From a virus (lineage: Duplodnaviria > Heunggongvirae > Uroviricota > Caudoviricetes): a stretch of DNA of 64,000 nt. A program made the position numbers and the translations under genes. Shown in pieces: positions 9,460-20,672 of this stretch (position 1 is its first letter; each line of letters opens with the position of its first letter). The notes beneath the pieces are model-generated. The model was not told the DNA's origin. It was given only the letters and a program-made list of their open reading frames with translations, and searched no databases. The stretch is from positions 131,222-195,221 of IMG/VR virus record IMGVR_UViG_3300026549_000033; one strand, given 5' to 3'.

Positions 9460-10947
9460 TTAAACCGCCTGTAATAATGTTTCTATATTGCCAATTAAAT
9501 CATACACACATTTAGCACTAGGATATTGAGAGTCTGTGCTTGAACTAGATATTGATGTTACAAGATTGTTTGTGGTTTGGTAATTTTGATTATTTACCCA
9601 AGTTTGGGTTGCAAGTTCATTGTTATTGACAACGAGATTACCTGAGTCTGCAAGTGATATAACTGCATGCTTATTTCCAATCCCTAAACTTAAACCATTA
9701 GCACTTAAGTCTAAATCTGAAGTATACTGATTGTTGGTATCATAAGTATAGAATGTTGTACCCAAACTACCTATATCACAAACTCGATTTCCGTTTTGGT
9801 CTGTAAAAACAAAATTAACATCAGAAAAATTATATTCGCCACCACCTGATAAAGAGGTTTGCTCTGTCATAATTAGTCCACTAGGTGTTGTGATAGTGTT
9901 AGCAATAAGGTCAATAGAGTTATTTGCACCCAAACTTATGTTGTTACCATTAATGATTATATTATTTGCCTCAGCTCCCTCGGAGTCTGTTTCGCCCGTT
10001 ATATAAGTTAGCTCATTACCCAACATTATCATTTGAGTATTTACACTATTGAACTCTACATCACCATAAAGATGAGCATAGTTTTCTTCTAATTCCCCTT
10101 GTATAGCTACACCAGATTGAGCATTTGCACTATTTGGACTATAAGTTTGGTCAACTGTAACACTGCTTGGTAAGATAGAACTCAAATCTACTAACCCACT
10201 CTTTGAAGTTAAAACAGTATTTGTGCCATCTGTAAATCCAAGAGGTAAATAGAAATTTGTATAAGTTGTAGTTAAACTGAATGGAGTTTTAGCATCCGAT
10301 ATAAGTGGAGTTAGTAAATTATATGCTCCACTTGCACCGCTTATACTTGAGTATTTTCTAAAACCTACATGAGTTATTCCATCTGCAGCTGAAGCATAGT
10401 TCCCTAATGTCATTAAAGGAGCACCGTCAATAGTGTTCGTTGGGTTAAATTCTAAGTAACCCTTTTCTACATTGTTATTATCATATAATGTAAACCCTAA
10501 TTTATTATTTGAAGCAGACTGCTTAAATCCAATTTTCTTCTGCCCTACAAAAGTTTTAGTACCTGTAATATTTTGATCTGTATTTGTTGTTACATAGTTA
10601 TTTAGAGAAGAAGCAGTTAGAAAGTTTGCTCCTGCTATAGCAACACCTGACTGAGCATTAGCAGAAGTAGGGTCATAAGTTTGGTCAATTGTTATAGAGC
10701 CACCACCTTGAATCTCTATATTACCATTTCCAAGGAGAGACGTATTATTAATTGTTTTAATATTAGTCCCTGAAACTAATTCTTCCTGCGGAGTATACCC
10801 GAGAGCTGCAATAATATCTGTATCAGTAATACCCACGTCATCAGTTATTAAATACAATTCTGATTCATTAGGAGTAACAATACTATCGTATTGTTGCTTT
10901 GTTAACTTATTTATAACTAACTGACTTATATTTGTATCTTGTGACAT
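9460..10947 (-). CDS. Tail fibre protein
   Basis: Fibre motifs INKLTKQQYD, LVSGTNIKTINN, DQTYxPxSANAQSGVAI twice, STDSQYPSAKCVYD. Confidence 0.75.
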   Translation of the reverse strand: MSQDTNISQLVINKLTKQQYDSIVTPNESELYLITDDVGITDTDIIAALGYTPQEELVSGTNIKTINNTSLLGNGNIEIQGGGSITIDQTYDPTSANAQSGVAIAGANFLTASSLNNYVTTNTDQNITGTKTFVGQKKIGFKQSASNNKLGFTLYDNNNVEKGYLEFNPTNTIDGAPLMTLGNYASAADGITHVGFRKYSSISGASGAYNLLTPLISDAKTPFSLTTTYTNFYLPLGFTDGTNTVLTSKSGLVDLSSILPSSVTVDQTYSPNSANAQSGVAIQGELEENYAHLYGDVEFNSVNTQMIMLGNELTYITGETDSEGAEANNIIINGNNISLGANNSIDLIANTITTPSGLIMTEQTSLSGGGEYNFSDVNFVFTDQNGNRVCDIGSLGTTFYTYDTNNQYTSDLDLSANGLSLGIGNKHAVISLADSGNLVVNNNELATQTWVNNQNYQTTNNLVTSISSSSTDSQYPSAKCVYDLIGNIETLLQAV

Positions 10948-10970
10948 TTTTAACCCTTTTATACTAAAAT

Positions 10971-11231
10971 TTAATTCTTAGGAGGTGTTTGCTCTTCGTT
11001 TTCTTCCTCAATTATTTCTTCAACTATTTCCTCATAATTTTCTGCAGTATCCCCGTCCTTCAACCAAACTACAGGAAACACCTCTTGTGTACTTATTCTT
11101 CGCAAAGTGTATCCTTCAGTAGGATAAAGTACTTGCCTTTCTTCTGTTACTTCAACTCCCTCAGGGCAAAACCCACACCATATACCTGAAACTCCGTTTA
11201 ATGTTCCTACATAAGATATCTTTATTTCCAT
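10971..11231 (-). CDS. Small tail-fibre-associated protein
   Basis: 86-aa ORF following the second LRR adhesin. Confidence 0.5.
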   Translation of the reverse strand: MEIKISYVGTLNGVSGIWCGFCPEGVEVTEERQVLYPTEGYTLRRISTQEVFPVVWLKDGDTAENYEEIVEEIIEEENEEQTPPKN

Positions 11232-11244
11232 ATTTTAATCCTTT

Positions 11245-12060
11245 CTATGTTGTTGCAGGTAAATCAAAAAGAACTGTTGTATTTGTTCCGCCAAAACCAC
11301 CTGTAACATCGGTCCAATTTCCTATTACAGACTGTAAGTTACTCGGGAAGTGCACTGTGCAACCTGAAACACTGTTCAGCATATTGCTAAATTGGTTAGT
11401 ATAGTACGACCCAAAGCTACCCGAAGTTAATGACGGAAATGAAAGAGCAGTTAATGAGGTGCACCCATGGAAAGCATAATTCAGCGCATTAGAAGCAGTA
11501 AGTGAAGCTAAACTTGATAAGTCCACTGACGCCAAATTAGAACAATCATAAAAAGCATAAGCTAAACCCATACTACCACTTATAGTAACTAAAGAACCTA
11601 AATTTATAGAAGTTAAAGAGGTGCATCCACGAAAAGCATAATAAACTGCAGAACTACCAGAGATTGTTGTCAAACTTGATAAATCTACTGACGTTAAAGA
11701 AGTAGCCCCATAAGCAATCTCGTACAAGCCGTTAACACCACTGATAACAGTTAAAGAACTTAAATCTATAGAAGTTAAATTTGCACATTCCCTAAAAATA
11801 AAATACAAAGAATAAGGCTTACTTACTGTTGTTAAACTTGACAGATCGGCTGAAGTTATATATGGGCAACTATAAAAGGCATAAGCTAACGCGTACCCTC
11901 CTAAATTTGTTGCGTTACTAGGTAAAGTGAAAGTAAAATCACTCTGAGGTGCCGCGTATACTCCGTTAGTATCAACCTCTCTTGGAATGCCATCGGAAGT
12001 TCCGCCTTTAGACGTTATTATAGTAGGACATACTCTCTGTGACCCAATGTAGAAACTCAT
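11245..12060 (-). CDS. Second LRR adhesin / receptor-binding protein
   Basis: LTSVDLSSLTTISG repeats; shares GIxREV...FTFxxPSNATxLG with 8193..9455; TAATG overlap gives start at 12060. Confidence 0.75.
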   Translation of the reverse strand: MSFYIGSQRVCPTIITSKGGTSDGIPREVDTNGVYAAPQSDFTFTLPSNATNLGGYALAYAFYSCPYITSADLSSLTTVSKPYSLYFIFRECANLTSIDLSSLTVISGVNGLYEIAYGATSLTSVDLSSLTTISGSSAVYYAFRGCTSLTSINLGSLVTISGSMGLAYAFYDCSNLASVDLSSLASLTASNALNYAFHGCTSLTALSFPSLTSGSFGSYYTNQFSNMLNSVSGCTVHFPSNLQSVIGNWTDVTGGFGGTNTTVLFDLPATT

Positions 12061-15000
12061 TATGCTACACTCCAATCTCTCATAACAATAGTAGTTAAAT
12101 CTGCAGACCTTGCTATATTACTACTTATTCTCGCGTCAGGAATTAAACCTGTTGTACCGTCTAAAAGTTGGTAATTATCACTGTTAAAGCCGACACATAA
12201 ACTGTTTGATGTGTTATTAGTGCCTTTGTTTAATTGTATAGCATAATCCGCTGTTGCTTTTGCATAATTACCTAATCCTAGTGCGTGGCTTGCATTCCCG
12301 AATGAATACGCACCCAAAGCCGTTCCATAGTTGCCTGTTGCTTGTGAACCTGTGCCGATATTAATAGATTGTGATTTAGTAGTAGCCGTACCATTGACGG
12401 TTATTGAACTGTTACCTGTTGCAGTATTCTTAAGAGCGTTTCCATTAACCCATTTCTGAGTATTTGAATTATAAGAAAGGACCTGTCCGTCAACCAAGCT
12501 TGACAAAGCAACGTCGGTTAGTCCGCTCAAGGATGTCGTAACTGACGCTGTGGTATTTACCCATTTTTGAGTTGCACTATCATAAGTTATGTACTGCCCG
12601 TCAGTTAAATTTGTCAAATTTACGTCCGTTAAATCGTCTAATGCTTTATCAGGAATTACAGCTGAAATAATAGCACTATCACTGTCATTATAAGTAGAGG
12701 TATAACCATCTTCTGATATAGCAACAAATTTTGTTCCGTTGTAAAACAAGACCTTCCAAGAAAGGTCACTTGGGTCCAAATTAGAATCTTGTACTGCTTG
12801 CGTCCAAGTTGTACCATCTGTAGAAGTTGAATAATATCCATTGTAGCCCAAAGCTACAAGTTTTGTTCCGTTACAACCTAACTTCTCCCATACATGATTT
12901 CCTAAATTAGAATCTTGTACTGCTTGCGTCCAAGTTGTACCATTTGTAGAAGTTGAAATATACCCATTATAGTCTAAAGCTACAAATTTTGTTCCGTCAT
13001 AGACTAAGCTCCTCCAACTCCGATTACCTAAGTTACTATTATAAGTTGCTGCTGTCCATGTACTACCGTCTGTAGAGGTTGAAATATACCCTGAAAGACT
13101 TAAAGCTACAAATTTTGTTCCGTCATAGACTAAGCTCCTCCAACTCTGATTACCTAAGTTGCTATTATAAGTTGCTACTTCCCATGTAACACCATCAACT
13201 GAAGACGAAACATAGCCACCCCACGATATAGTCACAAACTTATTATTTCCGTAACTTAAAGCGTCATATCCTATACTATGTTCATATACTAAATTAGGAA
13301 CATTCTGAGCTTGACTCCAAGTAACCCCGTCTGTAGAAGTCGAGATAATACCCGATCCTCCAATAGCCACCCATTTTGTTCCACTATAAGCTACTGAATT
13401 CCAATAGTTGTCCCCTAAGTTCGTATTTACTTCTGCTTCAGTCCATCCTTTTGAACTTTCAGTAATTACTATATTATCCCCTGCAGTTAATTCTTTTTGA
13501 GGGACATACCCAAGGGCTTCTTCTACGTCGGAGCTATCAATCTCAGTAATATAACCTTGCCTTATAGTCCATTCTTTCGAAGCTATTTCTTCACCATTAT
13601 AGTATGCTTTCGCGTTGTTAACCGTATCTGTCTCTATATAAATATTGGTAGGAGAAATAGCAATGGTGTTATTTTCATTGCCATCCGTAAAGCGCAACGA
13701 ATCTGCACTTGTAGTTGGGTCGCTAAAATTACTATCTATATAACCCACACCTGCGTCTACAATATATTGCTGAGCGTCAATTACATTTGTAGAAACTTTC
13801 GGAGCGTCTATAACAATATTATCATCTCCAGTTACAGCGTCTGTTTTATTAGTAATAGAATTCCCGCTACTAAAATTAATAGTACTATCAAAAGTAGGAT
13901 TAGAACCTTCAACAACAACCGCAGCACTATTAATAGTAACATTATTATTAGCTCCCCCGTCAGTATAGAAGTTAATACTGTCTGCTGAAATTGTTATATC
14001 TTCCCCTGAATTATCAAAAGGAACATAATCTTCTAAATCACTACTTTCAAGTTTATTGTTAAGTTGAACCTGAATATTTGAAGTAACATCTGTTAAATAC
14101 CCGAGTTTTGTAGAAGTAATAGAACTTACAGCTACCTTTCCATTTGAATCCGAAACTAAAACTCTCCCCGTAGTTAAATTACTACCAGTAATAGTTGTAG
14201 CCGCACCTGTAATAGTAGGTTGCTTTCCGTCCAAAGCATTCTTCAAGTCAGTTTGATCACTTAAATCACCTGTGATATTTCCCCATTCTAAAGAAGTAAC
14301 GTCTCCATTAACCCATTTTTGAGAAGTGCTGTCATATGTTAAAAATTGACCGTTGGTTAAATTGGATAAAGAAACGTCATTTAAACCTTCGATGGTTAAA
14401 TCCGCAACTCTTGCTATGTTTGTCGAAAGGCGAGCGTCAGGAATTAACCCCGTAACACCATTAATTAATTCGTACGTATGGTTATAATCTGAAAATTCTA
14501 AATTTAAATTTGAACCTTCTATATCAATAAAAGTTGTGTATAACCCTGAAGAAATAGACATATCCCCGTTTGCGGAAAGAGCAATAATCTTGCCATTACC
14601 ACCACTTTGTCTCCACCATCTTGACGAAGTGCTATCTACTATAGGAGTTCCTTTTACCCAAGTAACTCCATCTTTAGAAATAGCCACACTTCTACCATAG
14701 TGCTCAGTAGCAATAAATTCACCTTCACAATAAATTAAGTCGTCCCAATAGTAAGAACTTCCTGTACCTTCATTAAGGACACTATTAAGAGACGGATCAG
14801 ACCAATTTACTCCGTCTAATGAAGTAGATACATACCCACGTTCATTTAAAGCTATGAACTTATTATTTCCGTAACTTATAGCACTCCATTTATTAGTGCT
14901 ATCACTAATTTGATCTCCTGCAGTCCATGTACTTCCGTCGGTTGAATAAGCTGTGTACCCGTCAACATTTAAAGCTACAAACTTATTATTTCCATAAATT

Positions 15001-16802
15001 ATCTTATACCATCCTGACAAACTAATATCTCTTAAATCAGGGTTTGGTGCTGCAGCAGACCAATCTCCTGAACCTTTAGTAGAAATATATCCTCCCCATC
15101 CTATAGCAACTACTAAATCACTTCCATTATATGCTAAATCATACCATTCGCCATTACCTAAATTGGCATTTGGTGTGGCTGTAGTCCAAGCAAGGGTAGA
15201 CACAGGAGCTTCGGAATAATACCCCGTAAAATCAATAGCTATAAATTTATCGTCAACAAGTTCTATTGCTTCCCAAGATAAAGTCATCCCTGAAGGAGAC
15301 AAAGCAGCTACACTTGTAGGAGATCCCCAACCTAAGTCAACTTTAATTCCCTGTTTTAAATCCAAGGCACCTTGTAAGTCAACCTGATTACTCAGTGTCC
15401 CAATAATATTTCCCCATTCAGCAGAGACATTTGTATTAGAAATTTTTAGTACTCCACCAACTTCCCCTATAGCAATTCCTTCTCCAGCATTTTCAGAAGT
15501 TAAATTATTTTGTTTTAAATCTAATTGGTCCTTTACTAACTTTGCTGTAGGGTACTGAGTATTATTTGGATTCTGCGAAAAAGCACTTACTTTATTTGCC
15601 TGATTCTCAGGAGTAAATCCGAGAGCGTCAACAACCATTGTACTGTCAATGCTCTGAAGAGCTGTTTCAGCCAAAGCCCCTTGAGCTGCTGTAGCAAACT
15701 CATTTACATTATGAGTAACTATATTTCCAAAAGTACCTAAAGTACTATTTATGGTAGCTATGTCATTTTCATTTATAGAAATTTGGCCAATATTAATGTC
15801 ATTAGCCCCTGAATTTATAGCTGCCCATTGTTCTGCAGTAAAACTTGAATTATTCAATGTATATTCGTACATCCAAGTAACTACATTATCTTCTACAGTA
15901 GCTTTATATCTATTATAAGCTGTATTTAAGAGTTCACTATCCTTATCTATATCAGAAGCTCTTAAATCCCAAGTTTGATTTACTATATCAAATCTATATA
16001 AATCAAATTTGGTTCCGTCTATTACCCATGCATAATCAAAGTTTGTAAGCAGAGTCTTGTCATAAGCATTTAAATCTGCAAAAGAAGCCCAATCATTCCC
16101 ATTATTTGTAACAACACTATTTATTACAAAGGCATAGTCATTGTTTGTGACTTCCCCTGAATATGATTCTAAATCACTTACATTATTAAAAGTTCCTATA
16201 AAATTAGCTGTATTAGTAGCTATCGAGCTATTTACAAATTCTTTATCAGCCAATTGGTTAGAAGTTGAAGCTGCTGAAGGAATTTTCCCATTTATTGTGG
16301 CAATATCCCCTGCATTTGTTGCTATATTTGTAGTATTAGTCGCTATTTGAGTTAATTGTGCTGCTGTAGCAAACTTATGAATTGTGTCAGTATCATCCAC
16401 CAAGTCAGCACTTAGCATAGATGACGCAGTTATCAGAGGTTGCTTAGAATCTAAGGCCTCTTGCAAATCTGTTTGGTCACTCAAAGTCCCTATGATGTGA
16501 CCCCATCTACCTAAGTCAATTTCAATATATTCAGAACTTAAAGTTCTTCCATTTTGATCCTTCAAGGAAATAATATTATCTTCCCACCCAAGACTTTTAC
16601 CATAAATAATTTCAGTTGAAAGAGCCCCTACATCTTCTGCTGTAAGAGTTATATCCCCCGTTAAAGGATAATTATTAATCTTTGTTGTTTTATCAACTTT
16701 TAAAGCTAACTCAGCGTCGAGACCCTGCACTCGTTCAACGGCAGCGTCTACTTCAACACCTTCAAATTTAGATAAATAACCGTTTATACCATTTATATAC
16801 AT
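12060..16802 (-). CDS. Large tail fibre with BNR/beta-propeller repeats and YadA-head-like C-terminus
   Basis: Many YxSTSTDGTTW repeats; WGNIxGxLSDQTDL x3; LxDVxLxNLxxGQxLxYDSxxQKWVN x3; ATGNYGTALGAYS. Confidence 0.8.
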   Translation of the reverse strand: MYINGINGYLSKFEGVEVDAAVERVQGLDAELALKVDKTTKINNYPLTGDITLTAEDVGALSTEIIYGKSLGWEDNIISLKDQNGRTLSSEYIEIDLGRWGHIIGTLSDQTDLQEALDSKQPLITASSMLSADLVDDTDTIHKFATAAQLTQIATNTTNIATNAGDIATINGKIPSAASTSNQLADKEFVNSSIATNTANFIGTFNNVSDLESYSGEVTNNDYAFVINSVVTNNGNDWASFADLNAYDKTLLTNFDYAWVIDGTKFDLYRFDIVNQTWDLRASDIDKDSELLNTAYNRYKATVEDNVVTWMYEYTLNNSSFTAEQWAAINSGANDINIGQISINENDIATINSTLGTFGNIVTHNVNEFATAAQGALAETALQSIDSTMVVDALGFTPENQANKVSAFSQNPNNTQYPTAKLVKDQLDLKQNNLTSENAGEGIAIGEVGGVLKISNTNVSAEWGNIIGTLSNQVDLQGALDLKQGIKVDLGWGSPTSVAALSPSGMTLSWEAIELVDDKFIAIDFTGYYSEAPVSTLAWTTATPNANLGNGEWYDLAYNGSDLVVAIGWGGYISTKGSGDWSAAAPNPDLRDISLSGWYKIIYGNNKFVALNVDGYTAYSTDGSTWTAGDQISDSTNKWSAISYGNNKFIALNERGYVSTSLDGVNWSDPSLNSVLNEGTGSSYYWDDLIYCEGEFIATEHYGRSVAISKDGVTWVKGTPIVDSTSSRWWRQSGGNGKIIALSANGDMSISSGLYTTFIDIEGSNLNLEFSDYNHTYELINGVTGLIPDARLSTNIARVADLTIEGLNDVSLSNLTNGQFLTYDSTSQKWVNGDVTSLEWGNITGDLSDQTDLKNALDGKQPTITGAATTITGSNLTTGRVLVSDSNGKVAVSSITSTKLGYLTDVTSNIQVQLNNKLESSDLEDYVPFDNSGEDITISADSINFYTDGGANNNVTINSAAVVVEGSNPTFDSTINFSSGNSITNKTDAVTGDDNIVIDAPKVSTNVIDAQQYIVDAGVGYIDSNFSDPTTSADSLRFTDGNENNTIAISPTNIYIETDTVNNAKAYYNGEEIASKEWTIRQGYITEIDSSDVEEALGYVPQKELTAGDNIVITESSKGWTEAEVNTNLGDNYWNSVAYSGTKWVAIGGSGIISTSTDGVTWSQAQNVPNLVYEHSIGYDALSYGNNKFVTISWGGYVSSSVDGVTWEVATYNSNLGNQSWRSLVYDGTKFVALSLSGYISTSTDGSTWTAATYNSNLGNRSWRSLVYDGTKFVALDYNGYISTSTNGTTWTQAVQDSNLGNHVWEKLGCNGTKLVALGYNGYYSTSTDGTTWTQAVQDSNLDPSDLSWKVLFYNGTKFVAISEDGYTSTYNDSDSAIISAVIPDKALDDLTDVNLTNLTDGQYITYDSATQKWVNTTASVTTSLSGLTDVALSSLVDGQVLSYNSNTQKWVNGNALKNTATGNSSITVNGTATTKSQSINIGTGSQATGNYGTALGAYSFGNASHALGLGNYAKATADYAIQLNKGTNNTSNSLCVGFNSDNYQLLDGTTGLIPDARISSNIARSADLTTIVMRDWSVA

Positions 16803-16812
16803 ACCTTAGAAT

Positions 16813-18087
16813 TTAATCTCCCTCTTCCTCTGTGCTCTCCTGAACATAGAAATCCTCGTGGTTTTCCTGACCTCCTTCAACCTCATATGGAATATGATTT
16901 TCATTATTGTTTTCTTCTTCAACCATAAAGTTCTGCAGCATATTACCAACATTTGAAACTACATAAGTAACCCTTTGTCTTGTATAAGGTAAAAGAGTTA
17001 CCTTACCTTTCATAGTCAACTTAGCCCGAAAAGCCATTAATGTAGGATAAACATACTTTTCAACAAATTTAGCAAATTGTGTGAAAAATGAGGCGCTCAC
17101 CATACCTACGTCTAATTCAGATTCTAAAGAAAAAGTATTTTCTTCACCCATAGGTAAAGTTTCAAACCATTGAGTTAAGACTACGTTATCAGAAGAAATT
17201 GTAAAAGGAGCCAATGATATCTCCCCTTCAAAAGGGTATTGTGTTTCAGAAGTACTTCTATCTATACCTATACAAATATATCCTCCAATTATTTCCATGG
17301 AAACAGAAGAAGGTACTACTATATAATAACTATACTTTTCTCCGTCTGTAGAAACTCTTACTGAATATTCATTTCCGTCAAAACCGAGAGTTATATAATA
17401 GTTTGTTTCGGGTCTCAATACTCTTGCGCTCACAAAAGTATCTGTTCCATCAATTTCTTGCCATGCTCTTTGACCTGAAATTTGTTGCCCTACTTTAAGA
17501 ACTACACGGCCATAAGAATCAATACCTAAATAAAACCCATGATTAACTGAGGAAGCAATACACTGGTCTTGAGTAAAGGTTCCACCTGTTCTTATCTGAA
17601 AGTTAATACTAAATTTCCCTGAAGCTGTAAAATTTGAATAAACAACATAATCATTAACAGAAAAATCTGAAACTTCATTTATTGAAGAAACAGTCGGTTC
17701 ACCAACATATGATAAAGTTAAAGCGTCATCGGGACTTCTCAAGAGCTCAAGAACTGCCTCAATTCCTCTTTTACTCCCCTTTAAATGATGAATCATGACT
17801 AAAAGGTAAACTAAAACTCGTAGACTATCATTATCTTGCCCTAACAAATCTCTGATATAGCCATAGCCGCTCTCTTCTATAATAGCTTCAACACATTCTA
17901 TAGGAAGATCTTGCGTGTTTTTATACTTACTCTCTATATTATAAAAAGCAGAAGCTAAAAGCTCTGTTTTTTCGTAGTCAGTTGACAAAATATAATCAAT
18001 TAAGGGTATAATTTTTTCTCCATACAAAGGAGTATTAACCCAGTACTGAGGAAGAAAATAACTCGCTGAATATCCTAATATGCTCAC
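16813..18087 (-). CDS. Baseplate wedge / tail protein I-like with LamG-like insert
   Basis: HHLKGSKRGIEAVL motif; follows gp6/J-like gene. Confidence 0.6.
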   Translation of the reverse strand: MSILGYSASYFLPQYWVNTPLYGEKIIPLIDYILSTDYEKTELLASAFYNIESKYKNTQDLPIECVEAIIEESGYGYIRDLLGQDNDSLRVLVYLLVMIHHLKGSKRGIEAVLELLRSPDDALTLSYVGEPTVSSINEVSDFSVNDYVVYSNFTASGKFSINFQIRTGGTFTQDQCIASSVNHGFYLGIDSYGRVVLKVGQQISGQRAWQEIDGTDTFVSARVLRPETNYYITLGFDGNEYSVRVSTDGEKYSYYIVVPSSVSMEIIGGYICIGIDRSTSETQYPFEGEISLAPFTISSDNVVLTQWFETLPMGEENTFSLESELDVGMVSASFFTQFAKFVEKYVYPTLMAFRAKLTMKGKVTLLPYTRQRVTYVVSNVGNMLQNFMVEEENNNENHIPYEVEGGQENHEDFYVQESTEEEGD

Positions 18088-18090
18088 TTA

Positions 18091-20352
18091 TTACTCCTCC
18101 AAAATTTCTAAAGTATGGGTAAACGTTACATAAGAATTCCAATCATAAGTAATTTCGTCAACATTTTTTATTAATGTCCACTGAATACTTCCGTCTATAG
18201 TTCCACGTTGCGCAACTTCCAAAATAGTGTAGTCTTTAGATGGGTCAATAGCCATCTCAGTTTCTGCTCCGTCTTGGTATCTTGTAACTCTTATTTCTGT
18301 ACAATCTACCCCCTGACCTCCAATTTCTTTAACCACGGGGTACACAGCTGCTGTAACCGCAAAGGTTGTTACTCCTCCTGCATAGGTAGCCTCAATCGGG
18401 TCGCCATTACGGAAATAGTAAGTTACATCTCCTTCAACATAAAATCTACTGTTAAGACTATCTTGAACTGCTACAGGATAATCATATTGCTCAAAATTTA
18501 AATTCTCTTCGGTACCTGTAGAACCCGTATAACTTACACACTCTAAAGAATATGGCCCTTTAGCATTAACTGTTTGACCTAACTGAAATTGAGATAAAGA
18601 AGCCCATGCACTTGTATTATCGTCATTAATATAATCTTTCACAACCCATACTATGCCACCGTCTACAATAAAGTCACCAAGTTCATGACCTGTTGTATCA
18701 GGTTCCGTACCTCCACTTGTACGTACAATATCCACACATTTAAACATATAATCAGGGTACTGTTTTAAGTACATGTAGTCCCCTATGCCGTACTGAGTGC
18801 TTGGAGACCTCAAAGAAATTGATAAAGAAGGCATTCCCGGAAGTTTTTTAAAGCACTTCCAATAAATTGAACCGTCTTGTATAACAATATCCGTATCAAT
18901 TTCAGAAGGAGGGATAACGGGAATTCCCCACCCATCCGCAGGTTCCGTAACTCCAGTATAACCTAAAATCTTTGAAGCTTTATATAAATTATCCCCAACT
19001 TTTATAATATGCCCTAATTGATAATCAGTATTAACTGCTCTTTCGTTAATAGTCAATGAGACACGAGCATATTTTACGTATGGAAGATCTTCGATGAGCC
19101 TTTCTAAGGTATATACATTAAATGTAACCCCCAACTCCTGATTATAATAATTTTTTAAAATATTATCTATATCTAAATTTATATCAGCTATACTTTTATA
19201 TTTATTTCTAAGAACCATTTGTATAGTTATATCTGCAACTTCTCTTCTTGGAACAGTAATATCAGGAAGGGGAGTACCAAAATAATTTTCTTCTTTTAAA
19301 ACTTCTTTTACCTCAGCTACTTCAGTATTTGCAAATCTTTCCTTATTTTCCGAAGCAGTTCCTGGATAAACTCTTGTTCCTGTCAACAAAGTAGAATTAT
19401 CCTTCAAATAGGTTATTAAAGTATAAGTCGGAGTTAATGCCTTCCAATTAGCCTGAGTAACTGAAGGAATTATTTCCTGTAACCTATTTGCGTAATCCAC
19501 TTTTGACCTTATTAAGTTCTGAGTTTCATGATCTAAAGGAGCAGTAATCTTAAGAGATTCCACAGATTCAAAAGGAATATAAGGGGATATTGTAATAACA
19601 TCTCCTAAAACCCCATACGGAAACATACTTGAAGTATATGGAATTGAAGGAGCATCAGCTAACTCAACATATCTTATTGTAATCTCGGTGCCTGTCCCGT
19701 ACTTATATTTAGCGGTACTAAAAGAGTTAAGGTATGCAATATCAACTGAACCATAAGGATTAGTTCTCACCAAGTACTTATCATAAATCATATCTTTTAT
19801 TACTTTAGTAGTAGGGACTTCATTATTATCCTTGAAAAGCACAAAGTCTTCTGAAATTCCTGAAGTAAACAATGAAAATATTTTAATGTCAGAAGTTCCT
19901 GTTACGAAAGAGCTCTCTCTAACATTTCCTACTACTGTTCTAATTGTAGTAGTTACCCCTTCTTCTAAATCCACATCGTCTAAAGTTAAAATGTTATAAT
20001 CAGAATTATAAGTTCCGATTACAGAAAATTTAGGTAGAGTATAATTACTGTTAGGAGTAATTTGAATAAGTCTCTTTAAATTAGAGCCTCTAAAAGCGGA
20101 GTACCCTAAATTGACTGCTATACCTATATTGGAAGAAGTAAGAGCAGCTGTAGATAAATAGTTCTCTCTACTTTGAGCAACAATACGGTAACTTAACGTT
20201 GACATAATATTAGCCAACATACGAATTAAAAAGCTACCTTCAGCATTATTACTGAGGTCTCTCCATTTACTATTGTTCTCTTGACTCCTAAAGAAATTTA
20301 CAATTGAATTAAAAGCCGACGTTATACTTAAACTTTGAAGATCTAAAGCCAT
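18091..20352 (-). CDS. Baseplate wedge subunit (T4 gp6 / baseplate J-like)
   Basis: SRENYLSTAA...IAVNLGY, ESVESLKITAP...LIRSKVDY. Confidence 0.8.
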   Translation of the reverse strand: MALDLQSLSITSAFNSIVNFFRSQENNSKWRDLSNNAEGSFLIRMLANIMSTLSYRIVAQSRENYLSTAALTSSNIGIAVNLGYSAFRGSNLKRLIQITPNSNYTLPKFSVIGTYNSDYNILTLDDVDLEEGVTTTIRTVVGNVRESSFVTGTSDIKIFSLFTSGISEDFVLFKDNNEVPTTKVIKDMIYDKYLVRTNPYGSVDIAYLNSFSTAKYKYGTGTEITIRYVELADAPSIPYTSSMFPYGVLGDVITISPYIPFESVESLKITAPLDHETQNLIRSKVDYANRLQEIIPSVTQANWKALTPTYTLITYLKDNSTLLTGTRVYPGTASENKERFANTEVAEVKEVLKEENYFGTPLPDITVPRREVADITIQMVLRNKYKSIADINLDIDNILKNYYNQELGVTFNVYTLERLIEDLPYVKYARVSLTINERAVNTDYQLGHIIKVGDNLYKASKILGYTGVTEPADGWGIPVIPPSEIDTDIVIQDGSIYWKCFKKLPGMPSLSISLRSPSTQYGIGDYMYLKQYPDYMFKCVDIVRTSGGTEPDTTGHELGDFIVDGGIVWVVKDYINDDNTSAWASLSQFQLGQTVNAKGPYSLECVSYTGSTGTEENLNFEQYDYPVAVQDSLNSRFYVEGDVTYYFRNGDPIEATYAGGVTTFAVTAAVYPVVKEIGGQGVDCTEIRVTRYQDGAETEMAIDPSKDYTILEVAQRGTIDGSIQWTLIKNVDEITYDWNSYVTFTHTLEILEE

Positions 20353-20426
20353 TATATAAAATTTCCTAAATTTAAACTAATTCTAAGTTAAAATTTAATA
20401 AAACTATGCAAATTAAATTTTAGGAT

Positions 20427-20672
20427 ATGGAAGTTAACTTAACTCAAAGCTTATATTTACAATTCTTAACAATACAGAAGTATAATTTACAGTATCGTCT
20501 AATGCAAAATAATATGGCTATGATGTCCGCAATAAGAAATCCAATGTCTTATAGCCAAGCTTATGCTCTCGACAAGGCTCTTTCATTAGATAATGCAAAT
20601 ATACAAACTCAACTTCTTATGATAGAAGCTCAAGAAGAAGCCACAAAGAAAAAGTTAAACTTAATAGGTTGA
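20427..20672 (+). CDS. Small helical hypothetical protein (host-like)
   Basis: 81-aa Met/Gln-rich ORF; late motif 5 nt before ATG. Confidence 0.55.
   Translation: MEVNLTQSLYLQFLTIQKYNLQYRLMQNNMAMMSAIRNPMSYSQAYALDKALSLDNANIQTQLLMIEAQEEATKKKLNLIG

Noticed and set aside
8193-16802. Diversity-generating retroelement acting on fibre or LRR repeats
   Set aside because: No reverse transcriptase in the window; repeats are tandem in-frame duplications with no evident adenine-specific template/variable pair
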